A DNA stretch of 63,028 bases from the NCBI GenBank assembly GCA_002269645.1, contig NIVC01003483.1:1-63028 (forward strand), written 5' to 3'. The notes beneath the pieces were generated by a model, which did no database searches, had not been told where the DNA came from, and worked only from the letters and a program-made list of their open reading frames with translations. A program made the position numbers and the translations under genes. This DNA is from Macrostomum lignano (taxonomy: Eukaryota). Below, piece by piece: positions 38,920-51,402 of the stretch (positions within the stretch are counted from its first letter, which is position 1; every line of letters starts with the position of its first letter).

Positions 38920-40535
38920 CTTGGTCAACGGGTGGTCCATCGCTAATGGTTTTGAAAGATTTCTCGGAGATGACGAAGCAAGATCTGAATTATCTTCTGA
39001 AGTACTTTGTTATGGAAGTACGCAATCAGGATGGAGACCGGTACACTTCCACCAATCTGAAGGACTTTGTGTCCATTGTTCAATGGTGCTGGCAAAATTT
39101 TTTGAAACAAAACTGGTCAATTTGGATGGACGACGCTTTCCTTGAAACACGTGTCTCATTGGATGCGGCTATGAAGTTGGCCACCAGAGAAGGCAAAGAT
39201 GCTCGTTTGAACAAGGCTGAAATAATTCCAAATACGATTGAGGACAAACTATGGGCTGATGGTGTGTTGGGTGTTACGACGCCGCGCAGCCTACTAAACG
39301 CCGTCGTGTGGCTGTTAAGTAAAAATTTTGCCCTGCGTGGTGGTGCGGAACTACGTAACCTTTAATTTGACAGGCAGATTCAACTGACGTCTGTTGGATG
39401 CACGAGTGCATCGTCTACAGAGAAAATTGCATGACCAAAACCAATCAAGGCGGTTTTAAGAGATTGCTCCGTAATCCGAAGGTTGTTCGTGCGTTTCATA
39501 CGGAGAATCATGAACGCTGCCCAGTGTGTGTCTACAAAGAGTACACGAAAAAGCGTCCTCTAAATAGCGACGCCGCCTTGTTCTTGGATGTGAGTCGGTC
39601 GTGGTCGCCTGGTTCAGCCTGTTCATGGTTCATGCGATCTCCTGTCGGACGGCACACTCTCGCAGATGCAGTAAAGACATGTGTCAAACTGGTTGCACCT
39701 GAGGATACCAGTAAGTATACCAACCAGAGTTTGCGCAAAACGGCTGAAACAAGACTTCATGAAGCCGGCGTCAAACGTGCCGACATTTTTCGCGTCACCG
39801 GCCACAGCTCCTCGGCTCTTGAAAGGTGCTGTGGATGGGTCATAGGCAAATGTTGAGCCATCCTACAGTGACTCTATTTTTATGTAGCTCGGGCAGAGAG
39901 CAAGAGAATCAAAAACGAAAAGAGTGCTCGAATGCCTCAAGTAAAAAAAGCCACACATCTTTACAAAGCGATCACAAACAGTCTCCGGCTCCGTCTTCAG
40001 ACATAACTAAAGGTATATCGGTCAACCCGTGACTGAGCAGAAGGAGGCTTTGGCAATCGTTGCCGCAAGAGACGAGAACCTAGTGACAAAATCAATGCTG
40101 GTGGAGATTCCATGACGCTCATAGTCTGCCAGAGCCAGTATTCTGCCCTCATGACTACCTCTGGAGGTACTACTGCTACCTCTTATAATGCTGATGCCCA
40201 CCAAGGACAACAGTCAACTGTCGCCGTTTACTCCGGGAGTCCTAGTCCTAAGAAGATGCGAATCGAGATCTGTGGCGAATCGAATAAGGTCACTACACCT
40301 TTTCACGTTCAATTTTGAACAAAGTCCAGTTCTAAAAAAACTAGCGGAAATTCAATTCAGACAATTCAGACTGGGGCAACAAAACCCAGTTCAAAACATT
40401 CTGCTACGGAAGCGAGGTTTAGCCATAGACAAAATTGTCCCCAGTCTGAATTGTCTGAATTGAATTTCCGCTAGTTTTTTTAGAACTGGACTTTGTTCAA
40501 AATTGAACGTGAAAAGGTGTATTACTTTCGATTAA
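38920..40535 (+). pseudogene. CryptonA-type tyrosine recombinase (DUF3504-like), disrupted
   Basis: LNYLLKYFVMEVRNQDG..Y, EDKLW..GVLG..P..LL, FALRGGAELRNL, KTNQGG, RCPV, TNQSLRKT..TRL.EAGV..I..VTGHSS. Contains a stop plus frameshift near 39365 and a MITE in the last codons. Confidence 0.85.
40296..40519. mobile_element. Tc1/mariner-type MITE (224 bp, 81-bp perfect TIRs, TA TSD)
   Basis: Arms 40296-40376 and 40439-40519 are reverse complements, flanked by TA at 40294-40295 and 40520-40521. Confidence 0.88.
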
Positions 40536-41729
40536 CAATGCTTGTTTTTCGAGAACTTAATGACGAAAGTGCAGTTCTTCGTTGTTACTCGTTTTTTACA
40601 CGGTATTTCGTTCAAACAGAAATTCTAAAGTCCGGCCCGGCCAAATACATTTCTTTCGCAATAAATAGATGCTTTTCTTTGTCTATGACCGGGCCTAACT
40701 GGATAAAAGGATGAGACTGGAAAAAAGGCGAGAAATGCACTTTCTTTCGGTTAAAGCTAATTATGCAAATAATAAACGCCGTTTAATTCACATTATGTGC
40801 TTAGAATGTCCCTAGGCGAGCAAAACGAGCAAAGGAGAAATTCAATTGCTCCTGATTTCGCGGAGATTATATGACATAATATCCTAGCTTTTGTTAAGAA
40901 TTACCACAGACAACACATTCCTGGCTCAGAATAGTACAATTTTTAATGATTAAATAAGCAATCGTATTATAATCCATAGAAATAAAAACTTTCCGTGACA
41001 ATATTTGCGTTCTCCGGGATTTTATTTGGTAATATTCAATAATATTCCGTGAAGTCTTTATGTCTATGGTTTATACGAGATTACACATGCCTTTTTCGGG
41101 AGTTACGAGCTATTTTCATAAATCCCTCAAAAGGCATGTTTAATCTGATACTTATATGCAAAGCTTGATTTCTAGCTCTCTGTGTGCATTAAAAACGAAG
41201 GATTGGAAACTTCAGCCATAGACAACTTTATTGAACTCAATTCATTTACCGGCTTGCTTTTGGCAGTTTTCGATATACAGCGAAAGCTTTGTGGGTGGAA
41301 GAAAAATTATTATCTATGGCCTAAAGACCGGGTCTTCGAGGCGTCTTAAGAAAGCAGCTAATTTAAGTATATGGTGTCACCCCATGGATTCTTTGATTTG
41401 GTGGACAGAGTGGCTGAGGGCTGCATTTATCGGCCGAGGCAAAACGCAAAGTGTGCAGAGCTTCAACTAAAACAAGTTTGATTTAATTTACTGTGTCCCA
41501 TGCCAACCACCTCCAAAGAACAAGGTAAGCAAACGGTAAATTCTGCATTTGGTAAATTTTAACAGTAATTGGTAGAACTTTTTGTAATTTTTTATTTGTA
41601 GCATGATTCAAGAATTAACGTTGATAGAAACTTACTTACTTTCTCGCAAAGTCAGTTGGATTATAAATATAAAACGATGTAAAGACTAAAACAGGAACTG
41701 TATTCATTACAAAAGTGTTTACAAAAGTT

Positions 41730-41855
41730 ATTTTCCAGATACGAAGGCAAAGCCCTCTGTGTTAGGGACATGTTTTTGTTTATTTTCAGAATCTTCAGGT
41801 GTTATAAAACATTCAAAGTCCGCATACACAACAAATGGAAGCTTTTCCATCTTAT
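41730..41855 (-). pseudogene. polB: Protein-primed DNA polymerase B, piece 3 (Exo I motif)
   Basis: HKMEKLPFVVYADFECFITPE..QKHVP. Continues piece 2 in frame once LTR copy 2 is removed. Confidence 0.85.
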
Positions 41856-44292
41856 TGATGGGTTTCGACCTTTGGGCTCCTTGTTAGGGAAGCCTTCGGG
41901 CCTCAGGTCTCAGAAATAAATCAATTAGAGTCCTGTCCCCCCACTCCTGTCAGATGGTCAGCCCCATGGTAGCTTGATCGTGTGGCGAGCAGTCTAGGTC
42001 CTATAGCTAAGAGAGGGACGGCGAGAGACAAGCAGGGAGAATTTTGAAGGTAGAAATTAGCTAATCCGCAGATCAACTAACTCGCTGCCACCAGCCCGTG
42101 GGCCCTGGCTCACCACACCGGGACTCTCGAAATCGGGCTTCCGACTAGAAGGGGCTTTGCACTTACCTGCCAACTAGTGTCTTTTTGCTGTCTATTTCGA
42201 AGTCATAGCCGATGTTAAGGGACACTGCTGGGACTAGATCGCATTGGTCATGCAGGTACAGAGGGGACTTGTGCAGGGGATTCTTGCAGTGGCGAGTCTA
42301 TGGGGTAGCTACATGTACTATTACATTGCTAAATACGAAGATATGTACTTTTGGCCTTCAACGCGCCAACCAGCCTCTCCTAGCGCTGATGATAGGCTAA
42401 CTCGATCATCAGAGACCGCATGATTCATTAACCGAGCCGCTTGGCTAACCTAGAGTGCACAAAGTACATCTCTGGCGCCGATTCTGCACTACTGGCTGTT
42501 TTGCTCACTGATTTGATAGATTGATCGACTGAGAACTGCCTTGTCATTGGTTCACTGTGACCGGCGCCTACTATACTGTCCGTCAAAAGTTCCGGAACCC
42601 TTGCTACGATGTCTTCTAGCGGACAGAATTTCAGTCCGTTTCAATTGTAACTTGATTCAAATGAAAGCTGCGGATCTCAGCTCCATGATGTGGTCAAGAA
42701 AAAGTTTATTCGAAGGAGCGCGTGTGAACAGGCCAGTGTTATGTACATAAAGGTTAGAGAAAAAAAGTGAGGAAAAGACAAACAAGCAATTGTCTATGGT
42801 TGCTGAGTCTATGGAGCAAACACACATGGGAAGGAATCGGTTTGCGCGCAGTGTTCAGCCTGGCTAACATTAGTCTATGGCCAAAACTTGTGTTGAAATC
42901 AACAGTGTTTCAACAGTGTTGAAACAGTGTTGAACAGTGTTGTTTCACTGTTCACTGTAAGTGTTATGTACATAAAGGTTAGAGAAAAAAAGTGAGGAAA
43001 AGACAAACAAGCAATTGTCTATGGTTGCTGAGTCTATGGAGCAAACACACATGGGAAGGAATCGGTTTGCGCGCAGTGTTCAGCCTGGCTAACATTAGTC
43101 TATGGCCAAAACTTGTGTTGAAATCAACAGGCTCTTATGGATTCTTGTGCAGTCAGTTTTCATGGGAGAGTAAAAAAGAGTAAAAAAAAGAGCAAGCAGA
43201 ATGCACTGCACTCCCACCCCTCCCGGCCGCGTGCCTGCGCCACCCCCCCCCCCCCCTATTTTCTTATTATGCGTACCCAGCCGGATTGCCTGGCCTGGCC
43301 CCTCTGCCCCCTTTTTTAGCACTTGTCAAAAAGTGCCCCCCTTTTTTGCTATATGCGCTACCCCTCCGTCAAAGGTGATTGGCCAACAAGTTGGTATTGC
43401 TCTGGGTTGTTGATAATGCTGTCTGGCGTGAGACCCTAGGGCTTACGCCAGGCAGCCTAAATAAATAGAAAGCTGCTGGGGGGGGGCAAGGTGAGCGTGT
43501 TGCCTTAACGTCTGCCACTACAGAATCAATAAACTTAAACTGTGATATCAAAATCTCAATAGTACTATACAACCGAATTCGCCGCCTTGCCCACTGCCGT
43601 GCCGATTGGAAGTCAGAAGTAAGACTCGCGTCTGTATTTAGTAATCATTTGGGACTCGTGTTAAGCGGGTACCGTACGCTCTAGGGACGGACTGGTTGCC
43701 TTACCTAAACGCGATCCGACGCTCAGTAGCGGAGTCAGTCCGGTCAGCGGGCTGACGCCATCTCTCAGGCTCGTTCGCTGCAGAATATTCTTAGGGAGCT
43801 GGTTCGATCACGTGTAGTGACACAACAATATTCATTAGAAAGCTCTTATTAAATAGAAAGTGAAAATAGTAAAGAAAAATCGCTAATCGATAATCCCAAA
43901 GTACTTTTAGGGGTAAAAACGCATAGCTGTCACAGCTGTCACACGCTTGAGTGAATCCCGACAATTAGGCTCTGACCTCATAAATCTGATGGCCTGTCAA
44001 AATGATGAGAAAAAAGCTACTATTCACATCCCCTCAGACCACCTGGCGCCAGCCTCAACACTGAGTGAGGCGCAGGCGGCTGTTAGACCAGCTTCGAAAG
44101 TGATGATCTATGACCCTAAAAGCTGCGCCTATGTTATTATGACTACTAGTATGACCAAACATTATATCTAGTATAGGTTCTATGTTACTTCGCAGAAAAG
44201 GGATAAAAAATGGCCATAGCCTACTGTTAGTAAGCAAGTAAGTTTATAGCCTATGTGCTAGCGCGGGATTTGAAAAAACTGCGTCCTTATCA
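41856..44292. mobile_element. Solo-LTR-like element, copy 2 (2437 bp), inserted in pPolB
   Basis: Same TGATGGG..CCTTATCA termini as copy 1, with a 4-bp TSD TTAT (41852-41855 and 44293-44296). Confidence 0.85.
42735..43130. repeat. 171-bp direct duplication with an AACAGTGTT-type spacer
   Basis: 42735-42905 is repeated at 42960-43130. Confidence 0.9.
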
Positions 44293-44939
44293 TTATGATA
44301 ATTCTTAAACCTTAGATATTTTTCTTCAGCTGAGGGAAGAGAGCAGATGGTTGGATGGTCTTCACAGGTTAATTCATGCTCTGCAAGCTTTTCATCACGG
44401 TTAGGTCCACTGTAATTTTCAAACATACTCTACAGATTGCTATAGCTGGACAATGATTGTTGATTTGTTTATGAATTAATCTGGAAAGATCTTTAATCCA
44501 CACATAATGTGCGTTGACTTGTAAATTTCTAATCACTAAAAGATCTACATCCCTCCGTCTCCTACCTTTAGGATCCAAAGTGTTTTGCTACACCTAACTA
44601 GCTGTACTTTTTCACTCTGTTCATTCCACTCAAATACGGGTATTCTAATATCATTGTCGAAAACTTCTTCTAGCTTTGTGATTGGAGCGATTTCTAAGCC
44701 ACTTTTATTAAATTTAATTCCTTTCTTGGAGCATGCAATAAAATAATGGTTAAAATTATCTTGCTAATGTGAGATTCTTTTAGGGTGACCAGTTATTTCT
44801 TCATAAAAAACTGCAGACAATACAGCCCACAAAGCACAACACTTATCATCATTTTGAACATTTATACATTTATTTTTGTTAGCCAGCTTTGGCGGTAATG
44901 GTAGATAAGATAAAGCCCTGAATCGATCATATTTCATTA
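44293..44939 (-). pseudogene. polB: Protein-primed DNA polymerase B, piece 2
   Basis: KYDRFRALSYLPLPPKLANKNKCINVQNDDKCCALWAVLSA..KRISH*, VDLL..HYVWIKDLSRL..C..C, L.EH..C..EKYLRFKNYH. One stop and about 2 frameshifts. Confidence 0.88.
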
Positions 44940-45536
44940 TGTAATAGTCTGATATTCTTTTGTCTGATATTATTTTGTCAAATACTCTGTGCTTAAACTT
45001 AGTAAATTTTTGTTGCCTCAATCATAGCCTTTTAATATGTTACGCGACCTTACTTGTTCGGTGCTGACGGCTATGCACTATTAATACTAAATTGAGTCTT
45101 CGCAGCAAGAGAGTCTTATATTTGAACCTTGACTGATTATATTTAATTGTATTATTTATTTCAATCGACAGAATTTAAACTATTGCCGTTAAATCATTGG
45201 TAGTAAGGTATAGCGAACAGGCACCACGCGGCGGACAAACCAACAGCACACTCGAGACCAGAGAGAAAAACTAGAGCGCAAAAATGCGATATAACCATCT
45301 TTTAAATAATGCAATACTCGTATTTCTATGAATGGTACAGTAAAGCAAATTTTAAGTGTAAATATTCGAAAAACTTTAAGATTTGTTAATAAATAGTAGT
45401 TAGATGAATATAATACTAAAAGAGACATTAATAATACCAAATTAATGAATGAGTTTAAAAAATGAATATCAACATTGTTACAGATAGTTGCCTTAATCAT
45501 TTACCTCGTTCTGTTGCATGTCTTAATTAGCAAAAA

Positions 45537-48140
45537 AACTAGCCAATTCCAACCCCCGTTGGGGCTTTCCGTCCAAACTCCAACCACAGTTTTCCCCATC
45601 CACAAAATCCCCGATGCAAAGAATCTCACATGCAAAGAATCCCCCATCCAAAGAACCCCCATCGATAGAATCATTGATCCGAAGAATTCCCCATTCAAGG
45701 AATCCTCCCATCTGAAGAATTCCCCATCCAATGAATCCCTTACTCAAGAAATCCCCCGTCTACAGAAGCCCCTTATCTGAAGAATCCCCATCCAAAGAAT
45801 CCCTCATCCACAGAATCCCCATCCAAAGAATCCCTCATCCACAGAATCCCCATCCAAAGAATCCCTCATCCACAGAATCCCCATCCAAAGAATCCCTCAT
45901 CCACAGAATCCCCATCCAAAGAATCCCTCATCCACAGAATCCCCATCCAAAGAATCCTCCATCCATCCCTATCCAAAGAATCCCCCCATCCATCCCTATC
46001 AAAAAAATTTCTCCATCCATTCCTATCTAAAGAATCCCACATCCATCCATATCCAATGAATCCCCGCCAAAGAATCCCCATCCAAATAATTCACATCATA
46101 ATCCCCATCCACAGAATCCCATCTAAATAATCCATAGATCCCCCACCAAATAATCCCCCTATTAATAGAATTCATGGCCAAAGATTTCCCTCGTCTAAGG
46201 AAACCCCGTGAAAATAACCCTCATCTAAAGAATCCTTCATCTAAATAATCCCCCATTCAAAAAAACCCTCCATCGAAACAATGCCCTATCGAAGGAATTC
46301 CCCAATGAATTACCAATCCAAAGATATCCATTAGAAGCATCCCTCACCCAAAGAATCATCAATCCATAGAAATCCCCCCAAGACTCGACACCTCAGAAAT
46401 TTACCCCAAGCATTGACATCTCAGCAATTCCAGCGCAAGCCTTGACATCTTAGCAATTTCTCCCCGTCCAAAGCCTTGACATCTCAGTAATTCCACTCCC
46501 CAAGCCTTGACAGCTCAGTAATTCCCCCAGTAAGCCTTCATATCTCAGTAATTCCCCCAGTAAGCCTTCATATCTCAGTAATTCCTCCAGTAAGTCTTGA
46601 CATCTTAGCAATTTCTCCCCGTCCAAAGCCTTGGCATCTCAGCGATTCCCCTCCCCAATACTTGACACTTCAGCAATTCCTACTTAAGCCTTGACATCTC
46701 AGCAATTCCCCCTAGCCTTGACATCTGATTAATTCTCCTTCCCAAGCTTTGACATGTGAGCAAGTCCCTCTTAAGCCTTAGCATCTCAGCAATTCCCCGA
46801 CACGATTTGACATCTCAGCAGTTTACCCCTAAGCCTTCACATCTCATTAATTCCCCTAGGTAAGATTTTATACATGTATCTCAATAATTCCCCCTGTAAA
46901 TCTTGACACCTTAGAATTCTCTTCCGAGCAAGCATCCCCTAAGAGCAAGCGTCCTTCTGATAGCAAGCATCTTCTGATAGAAAGTACCCCCAGCAAGATT
47001 AGTGAAACATTTCCTCAGCTAGCCAATTCCAACCCCCGTTGGGCTTTTCGTCCAAACTCCAGCCACAGTTTTCCCACGCAATAAAATTTCACCCAACTGA
47101 ATCTCCCATATAAAGAATCCCTCATCCAAAGAATCCCCCATCCAAAGAATCCCCCATCCAAAGAATCCCCCATCCAAAGAATCCCCCATCCAAAGAATCC
47201 CCCATCCAAAGAATCCCCTATCCAAAGAATCCCCCCATCCATCCCTATCCAAAGAATCCCCCTATCCATCCCTATCCAAAGAATCCCCCATCCATCCCTA
47301 TCCAAAGAATCCCCCTATCCATCCCTATACAAAGAATCACCCCATCGATCCATATCCAAAGAATCCCCGACCTCCATCCATATCCGAAAAATCCCCCTCC
47401 AAAGAATTCCAATCCAAATAATCCCCATCCAGAATCCCGATCAAAATAATGCAAAGATTCACTCATCCAAATAAACCTCCATCAAAAGAATCATTGAATC
47501 TGAAGAATCTGAATCTGAGTCCCCTCATCTAAAGAACCCCGTCCAAATAATCCAAAGAATCATACTCCAAATAATCTCCATCCAAAGAATCCAAAGAATC
47601 TCCCATCTAAATAATCCCCCATCAATAAAATCCTAGGCCAAAGAATCCCCTCATCTAAAGAACCCCGTCCAAATAATCCAAAGAATCATACTCCAAATAA
47701 TCTCCATCCAAAGAATCCAAAGAATCTCCCATCTAAATAATCCCCCATCAATAAAATCCTAGGCCAAAGAATCCCCTCATCTAAAGAACCCCGTCCAAAT
47801 AATCCAAAGAATCATACTCCAAATAATCTCCATCCAAAGAATCCAAAGAATCTCCCATCTAAATAATCCCCCATCAATAAAATCCTAGGCCAAAGAATCC
47901 CCTCATCTAAAGAATCCCGTCCAAACAATCCCATCATATCCAAAGGATCCCTTTATCGAGAGAATCCTCCATCTAAAGAATCCCCCATTCAAAGAACCCT
48001 CCATCGAAAGAATCCCCCATCGATGGAATTTCCCAATGAATCACCTATCTAAAGATATCCGGTCCATCAGAAGCAGCCCTCATGGAAGGAATCCCCAATC
48101 CACAGAATTCCCCCCCCCCAAAACTTGACATCTCAACAAT
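45537..48140. repeat. Complex satellite block (CCCCATCCAAAGAAT and CTTGACATCTCAGCAATT families)
   Basis: Both arrays are visible. A leader CTAGCCAATTCCAACCCCCGTTGGG occurs at about 45540 and 47020, and ~120-bp higher-order repeats occur at about 47520-47920. Confidence 0.9.
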
Positions 48141-49067
48141 TCTCAGCAGTTCAGTCTGTTCACCTCTAGGCTAACTCATCGTTTTGATAACATGAATTGT
48201 AGCACTTATATAATTCAACACTGAAAACTCCAAGCATAGAGTAGAAATCACTCGAAGCAAGTTATGACATAATCAATTTCTCAGGCAGGCAATATCTGCC
48301 AACTATTTGCCAACTAAGTTGCCAACTAAAGTCAACTATTAAAGTCAACAATATGGTTACGCAATCTAAATTTAAATACAATGGCGCTGGCTTGAATTGC
48401 GGAGTTGCGATAAAGTAGGGGTTTGCGATATGGAAGAGCGTACAATGAGTATATAAAGTAAAAAGTATAGAAATCTTCTTTTTAATGCTGTGCTCTTAAT
48501 TTTTCGAATCTCAGAAAACAAATTATATTCCCCAACTCAGCGTTCCAAGCTCTTTCCAGCAATACAAGGTTCTCTTCTGAAAGTGAAAAACTCAAAGCGC
48601 AAACAACGATTGAACATTCCTGCTTTAAAGCATTGAAATTAAAAAGGTGTACATTCAGCGCCAGCTACAGTGAGAGGCCTGCAAGTTGATGCATTGAAAT
48701 TAACAACCAAGCAATGCTCAGGACTAATTGAATGGCGAAACCCTCCCCCAATTTCAATAACTTAAAGGTGTTGCGCAACCTTTCAACGCTTGTAGCTTTC
48801 CAAGCGAGTGTAGAGAACCAATGCTATAGTTGGCACTGAGTTATGATGCAATACAATTCCATCGGCAGTCAGAACGCTTCTCAATCGGAAAGAACTGTTT
48901 GAACTTAAAAAACGGGCAAAAAATCGAGTTTTTCGAATATTTAATCCCGAAAAAATAAAGCAATTTCTTAGCAAAATTTTGTGTACCAGCGCACCATCAA
49001 TACGCATCGAATGCTGAAAACCCCACAAAATTCGGACCACGCAAAGTCAAGTTAAACGAAGGTTCCT

Positions 49068-49103
<36 letters not shown>

Positions 49104-49379
49104 GTAGGTAGGTACATAGTTTTGATTTTTAGTATAATGGATAGTTTTGATTTTTAGTATATTGGAAGCATCCAGAATTTTTATTATACCCCCCCCCTTA
49201 ATTGGTTACGCAAGTTAAATAGAGTAATTATCTGGGCAGTGGGGCAAAGTGAATTTTCTTATCAGTTGGCTCTGGCGCAATCATTAAAATTGGCTGTGAA
49301 GTTTCTCGCTGCGCGCAGGCTGATAAAAAAATACACTAAAAAGGCCATTTAAAACAGTTTTTCGAATATTTAATCCCCT

Positions 49380-49560
49380 TAGCATTGAGCTAGAGCTTAA
49401 TAAAATTACATGTACCGTCCCGGGCACATTTGACATCTTTTGGCGAAGAAACGGAGAAAATCGGTTGAGCCTTTTGGGAGATAACCTGTTACATACCCAC
49501 AGACAGACAGGGCCGGTGGAGGGGGGGTTGCTACTTTAGATATATTAGATTAGATTAGAA
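49380..49560 (+). mobile_element. Possible Helitron/HINE-like non-autonomous end
   Basis: AAAATCGGTTGAGCC..ACCCACAGACAGACAG..CTTTAGATATATTAGAT pattern. Resemblance only. Confidence 0.3.
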
Positions 49561-50671
49561 GACATCTTTCGTTTTTAACGCATATCGTATCTAGAATTCT
49601 TATTAGTAATAGTAATAGTAATAGTAATCTAGTAAATATATTACATTAGAAACTTAGTATGCTACTCTGTATGCTCTTAATCACCTTTGCAGTAATTGTA
49701 GTTGTTATAATTTGTCCGACATATTTGTTATTTTCAGTATAAATACAGTTAAATATATTGAAAGAAAGAGCAACAGTCTGGCAAAATCTGGGGCCTAAAT
49801 TGGTTCACAACCTCTTGTTTGTGCAGGCCTTAGTGCCGCCCTATCCTAAAAATATCCATTGAGTCAGACTTATTCCTTTAGAGGCGAACGGTCTCTTCCC
49901 TTCGCCCTCATCCCTCTTCCGATAGCGTACAGCTTCCCCTCTTTCCCCAGGCGAACTGCCGCCTCTTCGCTTCCCCAGCTGAACAGGCGTACAGCCTTTC
50001 CCACTCCCAAACCCTCAGCCTGACCTGGCGTTCTCCCCCACCAGACTCGCTGTTTGCCCTGGATTTAACTCCCATATCAGGCATATTGCCTCCTTATCCT
50101 ATTCGGCCTGTCGCCTAAGCTACTTGCCCCTCTATTAATTCTCCCATATCAGGCATATTGCCTCCTTACCCTGTTAAGGCTTTTGTTAATCCGATAGCGT
50201 ACACCTCCTTATCCTATTCGGCCTGTCGCCTAAGCTACTTGCCCCTCTATTAATTCTCCCATATCAGGCATATTGCCTCCTTACCCTGTTAAGGCTTTTA
50301 GCCTGTCATTCCCTGATTAGGCATATTGCCTTCTTAATTCCCTATCTAAATTCCCTTAATGCCAGGCATTCCCTGCTGAATACTAGAATTCCCTTCAGTG
50401 CGCCAATTTCCCAGGCAACTCAAGTCCATCGCGATGCCCTTAACTACCCCCTTCCCCATGGATAACCGGACTGAGTAGAAATTAGTGTCTTTGCCGCTCG
50501 GACACATTCACGCCAGCAGGAGTTTCCCCAGACTTACTCCTCATAGTATTAAAATTTAAATCTTCCTCCCCAATAATTCGAAAGCCCTAATCCCCGAGTT
50601 ATTTAATAAGACCTGCAACAACTTAGTGTCAGCAGTAGAGCCATCTCTCCCAACCCGCGACCCCTACAACA

Positions 50672-51069
50672 ATTATCATGACTGTCGCTCTTTGAATCCC
50701 ACCAACAACCCATCCTGAACCTCGAGATGTAAAATCTTCAATCTTTTTATTGACCTCTTCAAGGAAAGAATCCACGTTGGCGGGAGGAAATAGTTTAGCC
50801 TTTGTTGTTGTTATATAAAACACCTGGTGCTCTGTTGGTTTAATAGGCATGTAAAATTTAACTAAAAATGATTTTTGTAATTTGAATTGACTCCTTGTTC
50901 TCAAGGTATGGTCTATAACTAATTGGATATTGTATCTTTGGTTGTCTACATTTTGTGTGTCTATTTGAGGTAGCGTATACTTAGCATAACTTTCTGTAAA
51001 CTTTCTGTGAGCAAAATTAATATTTCCGATTTCAAGCTCCAATTCTTTTTGATGAATTAAACGTTCCAA
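50672..51069 (-). pseudogene. polB: Protein-primed DNA polymerase B, piece 1 (N-terminal region)
   Basis: KIEDFTSRGSGWVVGGIQRATVMI has the GSGW motif that precedes SY.PLP in Polinton/adintovirus pPolB. Confidence 0.85.
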
Positions 51070-51402
51070 GTCTTCCTGTTCCTGTCTACTTAGAGATATT
51101 GATACTCCTCACCTGTGATAGTCTTATATTTATTTACTAGTTTTCGGCTCCTTTTTGAAATTCTTTTAATTCATCAACGTTGACAGCGGAGTCAGAGTCA
51201 AGTTGATTTGCCTCTAATTGTTCTATAGATTTCCTCTATTTTTATAGCTACCAAGACGCGGTGTCTTCTGAAATATTCCTTACCAAACATTTTTGCTGGA
51301 TTTGATTTCGGCATTGTTTTCTGTAGAAAATTTAGAAATGTGTTACACACTGTCGGTAGAGTCAAATTCCAAAGAGTGGGCGAGTTCTGGTTTTTCCCCT
51401 CA

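Larger units (their letters stand above)
44940..50671. mobile_element. 5.7-kb TGT..ACA insertion (solo-LTR-like or composite) in pPolB
   Basis: Starts TGTAATAG, ends CCTACAACA, with a 4-bp TSD ATTA (44936-44939 and 50672-50675). No coding domains seen and the two ends do not match as LTRs. Confidence 0.75.

Noticed and set aside
41100-41730. Further pPolB continuation (DH.H..G.YRG and Exo II motifs)
   Set aside because: Manual translation found no such motifs, so the gene appears deleted beyond about 41730.
34907-44292. DIRS/Ngaro-type retroelement: gag-RT plus a tyrosine recombinase between split direct repeats A-B..A-B
   Set aside because: Each A..B block has its own 4-bp TSD, so they are separate insertions. 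The RT is Ty3/gypsy with a protease, the YR is CryptonA-type and in the opposite orientation, and both are truncated at their junction.
45475-47466. ORFs rich in GILW or ESP repeats
   Set aside because: They are satellite-derived open frames with no domain motifs.
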